Shown piece after piece: positions 59,342 to 64,000 of a stretch of DNA of 64,000 nucleotides. Source of the DNA: Macrostomum lignano (Eukaryota); contig NIVC01000754.1 in assembly GCA_002269645.1 (NCBI GenBank), positions 372,001-436,000 of the forward strand, read 5' to 3'. A program made the position numbers and the translations under genes. Position 1 is the stretch's first letter, and each line of letters opens with the position of its first letter. The notes beneath the pieces were generated by a model. That model did not search any database, was not told the origin of the DNA, and saw nothing but the letters and a program-made list of their open reading frames with translations.

Positions 59342-62300
59342 TTAATCAAGTGGCAGCACAGCGTGCAGGCAGCTGACCTCATCGGTCAGAGGCGGCACGT
59401 GCATCTGCATCCTGCTAATGTGGTGCGGATGCAGCGGCTGGTGTACGATCCGGTGATGCACAGAATACCGCTCCGAGCTCTCTAACTGGCTGAGTAGCAT
59501 CACCACCTGGCGGTGCAGAGGCGGTATGATGTCGGTGGACTCGATGGCGCCACGCGTGCTCACAACGTTCTCGGAGCCGTTGCACTCACACTTGACCAGC
59601 ATGCACTGCCGGGGGTCACGGTTGACCACCTGGCCAAAAAAGGGGGATTATCAACGCCGATTGTTAACCATTATTGATCCACTTTACTAATAACTCGATA
59701 CTATGCAGCGCATACCAGAAATTATAGAGAAGACAATTTTCGCAATGCTTAAAAATTGATTGCAAATATAGAAATATCGATTCCAAACATGAAAATATCG
59801 ATTACAAATATGGAAATATGCGTTACAAATATGGAAATACCGATTCTAAATATGAAAATACCGATTCTAAATATGGAAATACCGATTCTAAATATGGAAA
59901 TATCGATTCTAAATATGGAAGAATCGATTCCAAATATGGAAATATGGGTTACAAATATGGAAATGTCGATTCCAAATATAGAAATATCGATTTAAAATAA
60001 GGAACTATCCAATCCGAATAGGGAAATATCGAATCCGAATAGGGAAATATCGATTCCACATATGGAAAATCGATTTTAAATAAGATCAATATCGATTCCA
60101 AATAAAATATCGATTAAAAATATGAAAATATCGATTCCAAATACGGTAATTTCGACTTTAAATACGTGAATATCGATTCTAATTTCTAATTAATTCTCTA
60201 TTTTTCAATATAGAGATATCGATTTCTTAGTATGCAAATATCGATTCTAAATAAGGTAATATCGATTCCAAACACGAAATCGATATTTCCATATTTGGAA
60301 TCGATATTCCCATATTTGGAATCGATATTCCCATATTTGGAATCGATATTCCCATATTTGGAATCGATATTCCCATATTTGGAATCGATATTCCCATATT
60401 TGGAATCGATATTCCCATATTTGGAATCGATATTCCCGTGTTAGGAATCGATATTACCAAATATAAAAATATCGACTCCAAATATAGAAACACCTATCAC
60501 AAATACTCGTAAAAGATCATTAGTCTCACCACGCAGATCAGGCCAGCCCAGCCGGTAGTAAGATAGTAGCTATCCACGCCGGGCCTCAGCTGGCACCTGG
60601 GCGCGCATTTCTCGGCCAGTTTGCAGACCAGCTCGGCAAGCCAGTGCTGAGATCCGCACTGCATTTGCTCCAACAGCACCGGCTGTTGTGAGCTGTGCAC
60701 AGCCAGGTTCAGCTTCACTGGCTTGTCCAGAGTCCACTTATTGAATGACAGACAGGCCACGGTGTACACGCCGGGATCCAGCACGGCTGACAGCATAATG
60801 AAGTTGCGCACATATCGCTGGGTCTGGTGGATAATCCGGCCGGGTCTCAGGTCATTGTCGCCCTGACAGACAACCAGACAGAGGTCGCCAAGCACGATGG
60901 AATCGCTGTACCGGTTACACGGCTGCGGGCATGCGGCGCGTGCGATTGAGTGGTGGAGACGGAATGGAATCTAATGGAAAACATTTTATCTAGATAGATA
61001 TATAATTGTATATGGATAGATCTATAATTTCATCTAGATAGATCTATAATTGCATCCAGACAGATCTAATTTGAATCTAGATGGATCTAATTTGAATCTA
61101 GATAGATCTATAATTGTCTCTATATGGATCTAATTTGAATCCAGACAGATCTAATTTGAATCTAGATGGATCTAATTTGAATCTAGATAGATCTATAATT
61201 GTCTCTATATGGATCTAATTTGAATCCAGACAGATCTAATTTGCATCTAGATAGATCTAATTCGCATCTAAATAGATCTAATTCGCATCTAGATAGATCT
61301 AATTTGCATCTAGATAGATCTAATTAGAATCTAGATACATCTAAGTTGCATCTAGACAGATCTAATTAGAATCTAGATACATCTAAGTTGCATCTATATA
61401 GATCTAATTTGCATCTAGATAGATCTAATTTGCATCTAGATAGATCTAATTTGCATCTAGATAGATCTAATTTGCATCTAGATAGATCTAATTCGCATCT
61501 AGATAGATCTAATTTGCATCTAGATAGATCTAATTCGCATCTAGATAGATCTAATTTGCATCTAGATAGATCTAATTCGCATCTAGATAGATCTAATTTG
61601 CATCTAGATAGATCTAATTAGAATCTAGATACATCTAAGTTGCATCTAGATAGATCTAATTTGCATCGCACAATCAGTGCAAGCAGCAGCACCCACCTGG
61701 TACAGCACCAGATCCAGAGCAGTCCGCTCCAGCACAGTCATAGCGAACACCTCCAGTGGCTCCTTCGGTTTCAGCAGGCAGGACAGTCGAACTTCGTGAA
61801 CCTCTGACTCGTTCAGCGGGCAGTGCGCAATGTCTACCGAGTCGAAATAGGCCAACAGATCATCAAATCCGATCCAGAACAGGCCGCTATCCTGTTGATG
61901 GTCGCCGCTGCTCAGCACATCCGTGAGCTCCTGCCGGTACTGAGGCTCCAGCTCTGCCCAGCTGGCACGGTGGCCCGGGCTGAACCGGCCGCGCCATTCG
62001 CCACGGCCCCACGGGTTGCGGAGCAGCAGCAGCTGGTGGGGGCCGGCAGACCGCACCTGTTGGGAGGGTAAGACGCACATCTTAAGGCTAATCCTTATCA
62101 CAAGGCACATTAGTGAATAAAAGCGTCCACTAGGAAATCTCAAAGGTATTTAAAGAGTAAAAGTGCACAATGGGGAATAAGAAGTAAAAAAGTGCACAGT
62201 GGGGAATCCCAAGAGTAAAAGTGCACAGTGGGGAATCCTAAGAGTAAAAGTGCACACTGCGGAATCCTAAGAGTAAAAGTTCAGTGGGGAATCCCATGAG

Positions 62301-63534
62301 TAGAAGTGCACACTGGGGAATCCCAAGTGTAAATGTGCACATTGGGAATTCTCAAGAGTAAAAGTGCACAGTGGGGAATCCCAAGAGTAAAAGTGCTCAG
62401 TGGGGAATCCCAAGAGTAAAAGTGCACACTGGGGAATCACAAGAGTAAAAGTTCAGTGGGGAATCCCGAGAGTAAAAGTGCATACTGTGGAATCCCGAGA
62501 GTAAAAGTGCATACTGGGGAATCCCGAGAGTAAAAGTGCATACTGGGGAATCCCGAGAGTAAAAGTGCATACACGAACCTGCAGCACGGAGTAGGCATGC
62601 CTCGGATACAATCCCAGGGCTTGATAAGCTTCATCTGGCAGAGTCATCCGACCGGCGCCGCAACTCGCGCCAATGAGGCAGCCGCGCTCGGCGCCGCTGA
62701 GCAGTTTGGCCCAGATCAGCTCGCGCTCCTCCTGGTTGGACTGCACGGCGTCAGACTGCAGCTCGTAGGACTCGCAGGGGGCGCCAGTGAGAATTGCCAG
62801 GCCTTCCAGGCTGCGGCCGGAGGTCAGGGCGGCGTAGGAGCCGAACTCCTTCGCCAGGGCCTGGGGGTTAGCGAGATATAGGGGAATATTTTGGAATCTC
62901 CTTGAATTTTGGGATCAACAGGAAAGAATTCCTAGATTAAGATGCTTAGAATTTAAAACGAGATTGGCAAGACATTTTGGAAACAATAGGAATTTAGGGA
63001 ATCAAAGTCGGAATCAGAGTTGGAATTGGGAATCAGAGAATGGGTATTGGATATCACAGAATGAGTATTTGGGGATCACAGAATGGGTATTTGGGGATCA
63101 CAGAATGGGTAGTTGGGGATCACAGAATGGGTATTTGGGGATCACAGAATGGGTAGTTGGGGATCACAGAATGGGTAGTTGGGGATCACAGAATGGGTAT
63201 TTGGGGATCACAGAATGGGTATTTGGGGATCACAGAATGGGTATTTGGGGATCACAGAATGGGTATTTGGGGATCACAGAATGGGTATTTGGGGATCACA
63301 GAATGGGTATTTGGGGATCACAGAATGGGTATTTGGGGATCACAGAATGGGTAGTATAAAATCGCAATCACAAGTGCCAATTAATTACCTTTTCCACCAA
63401 GGCCACCCAGAGCTGCGCGCCTCTGCAATGCGAGTACACCAAAGTGCGGGTGTCTGCCCGGCAGGGGAAGAAGCCATCAATGTACACAGTTTTCCAGAGC
63501 CCGGCAACGCACAGCTGTACAGCGTACACGCCCT
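59342..63534 (-). CDS. CAPN15: Calpain-15 / small optic lobes (SOL) homolog, 3' portion (5' end beyond or near window end)
   Basis: Exons 63534-63389, 62860-62579, 62056-61697, 60922-60530, 59629-59342. QLWVALVEK|ALAK..GSY, HAYSVL (catalytic His), LRNPWG (catalytic Asn), G.FWI.FDD, and the SOL-homology C-terminus NVVSTRG..STDIIPPLHRQV...HVPPLT. Confidence 0.92.
59750..60480. repeat. 21-bp minisatellite (atcgattccaaatatggaaat) with an internally inverted block
   Basis: Forward units 59770-60270, reverse-complement units ~60280-60450. Confidence 0.88.
60985..61662. repeat. 21-bp minisatellite (atctagatagatctaatt(t/c)gc)
   Basis: Calpain intron; each unit contains TCTAGA and AGATCT palindromes. 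Confidence 0.93.
62160..62572. repeat. ~29-bp minisatellite (gagtaaaagtgcacagtggggaatccc)
   Basis: Calpain intron. Confidence 0.9.
63040..63356. repeat. 22-bp minisatellite (gggtatttggggatcacagaat)
   Basis: Calpain intron. Confidence 0.93.
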
Positions 63535-63794
63535 CTGGATTTACCTAGCAGAATGCAAATTTAAATGAAATTTCAGCATCCTGTTTTTGCCAGTGATTAT
63601 ATTTGATATTGCACGAAAAGGATGTGTCTTATCTTATTTAACTGTTTTGCGTGTGCTAAGATACCAAGACAATATTCATAACTTCATACCACAGCAATAA
63701 TAATGTAGCTATAAGTAAACTTTTAATCTTTACAGATTTCAATTCGCTTTCATCCATCTCTTTTATTCTCAATAGATTCTCTTTAATGTACCTC

Positions 63795-64000
63795 TCTCCC
63801 CAAACCCACTTATCTCCCCAAACCTGCTTCTCTCCAAACCTACTTCTCTCCCCAAACCTACTTCTCTCCCCAAACCTACTTCTCTCCCCAAACCTACTTC
63901 TCTCCCCAAACCTACTTCTCTCCCTGAACCTACTTCTCTCCCCAAACCTACTTCTCTCCCCAAACCTACTTCTCTCCCCAAACCTGCTTCTCTCCAAACC
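63795..64000. repeat. 18-bp minisatellite (cttctctccccaaaccta)
   Basis: Runs to the window end. Confidence 0.92.

Overview
Eukaryotic (animal) genomic DNA: GC-rich exons separated by GT-AG introns, most of them filled with their own minisatellite. The style resembles a free-living flatworm such as Macrostomum, but this is inference only. I reconstructed gene models by hand from splice sites and codon phase. (1) Minus-strand gene (12884 to <1) for a giant secreted protein: signal peptide, F-type (fucose) lectin domain, two SUEL/rhamnose-binding lectin domains, then >3000 aa of Lys/Arg/Ala repeats (KRRAA, IRRRRLA) running off the window. (2) A small secreted protein gene head-to-head with it. 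(3) An orphan two-exon gene. (4) A synaptotagmin-like tandem-C2 membrane protein. (5) A tandem caspase pair, the first being a putative N-myristoylated ankyrin-repeat/caspase fusion (~870 aa). (6) HHAT-like MBOAT. (7) GUF1/LepA. (8) HMG-CoA lyase. (9) Archaemetzincin-like peptidase. (10) A class A GPCR. (11) The 3' part of calpain-15/SOL. Also present are two copies of a tRNA-derived SINE, a probable hAT-type MITE and more than 20 tandem repeat arrays. Five single-base deletions in homopolymer runs interrupt otherwise intact frames and look like long-read errors. The most notable systems are the multi-lectin polycation protein (candidate adhesive, mucus or defence protein) and the ankyrin-caspase locus.
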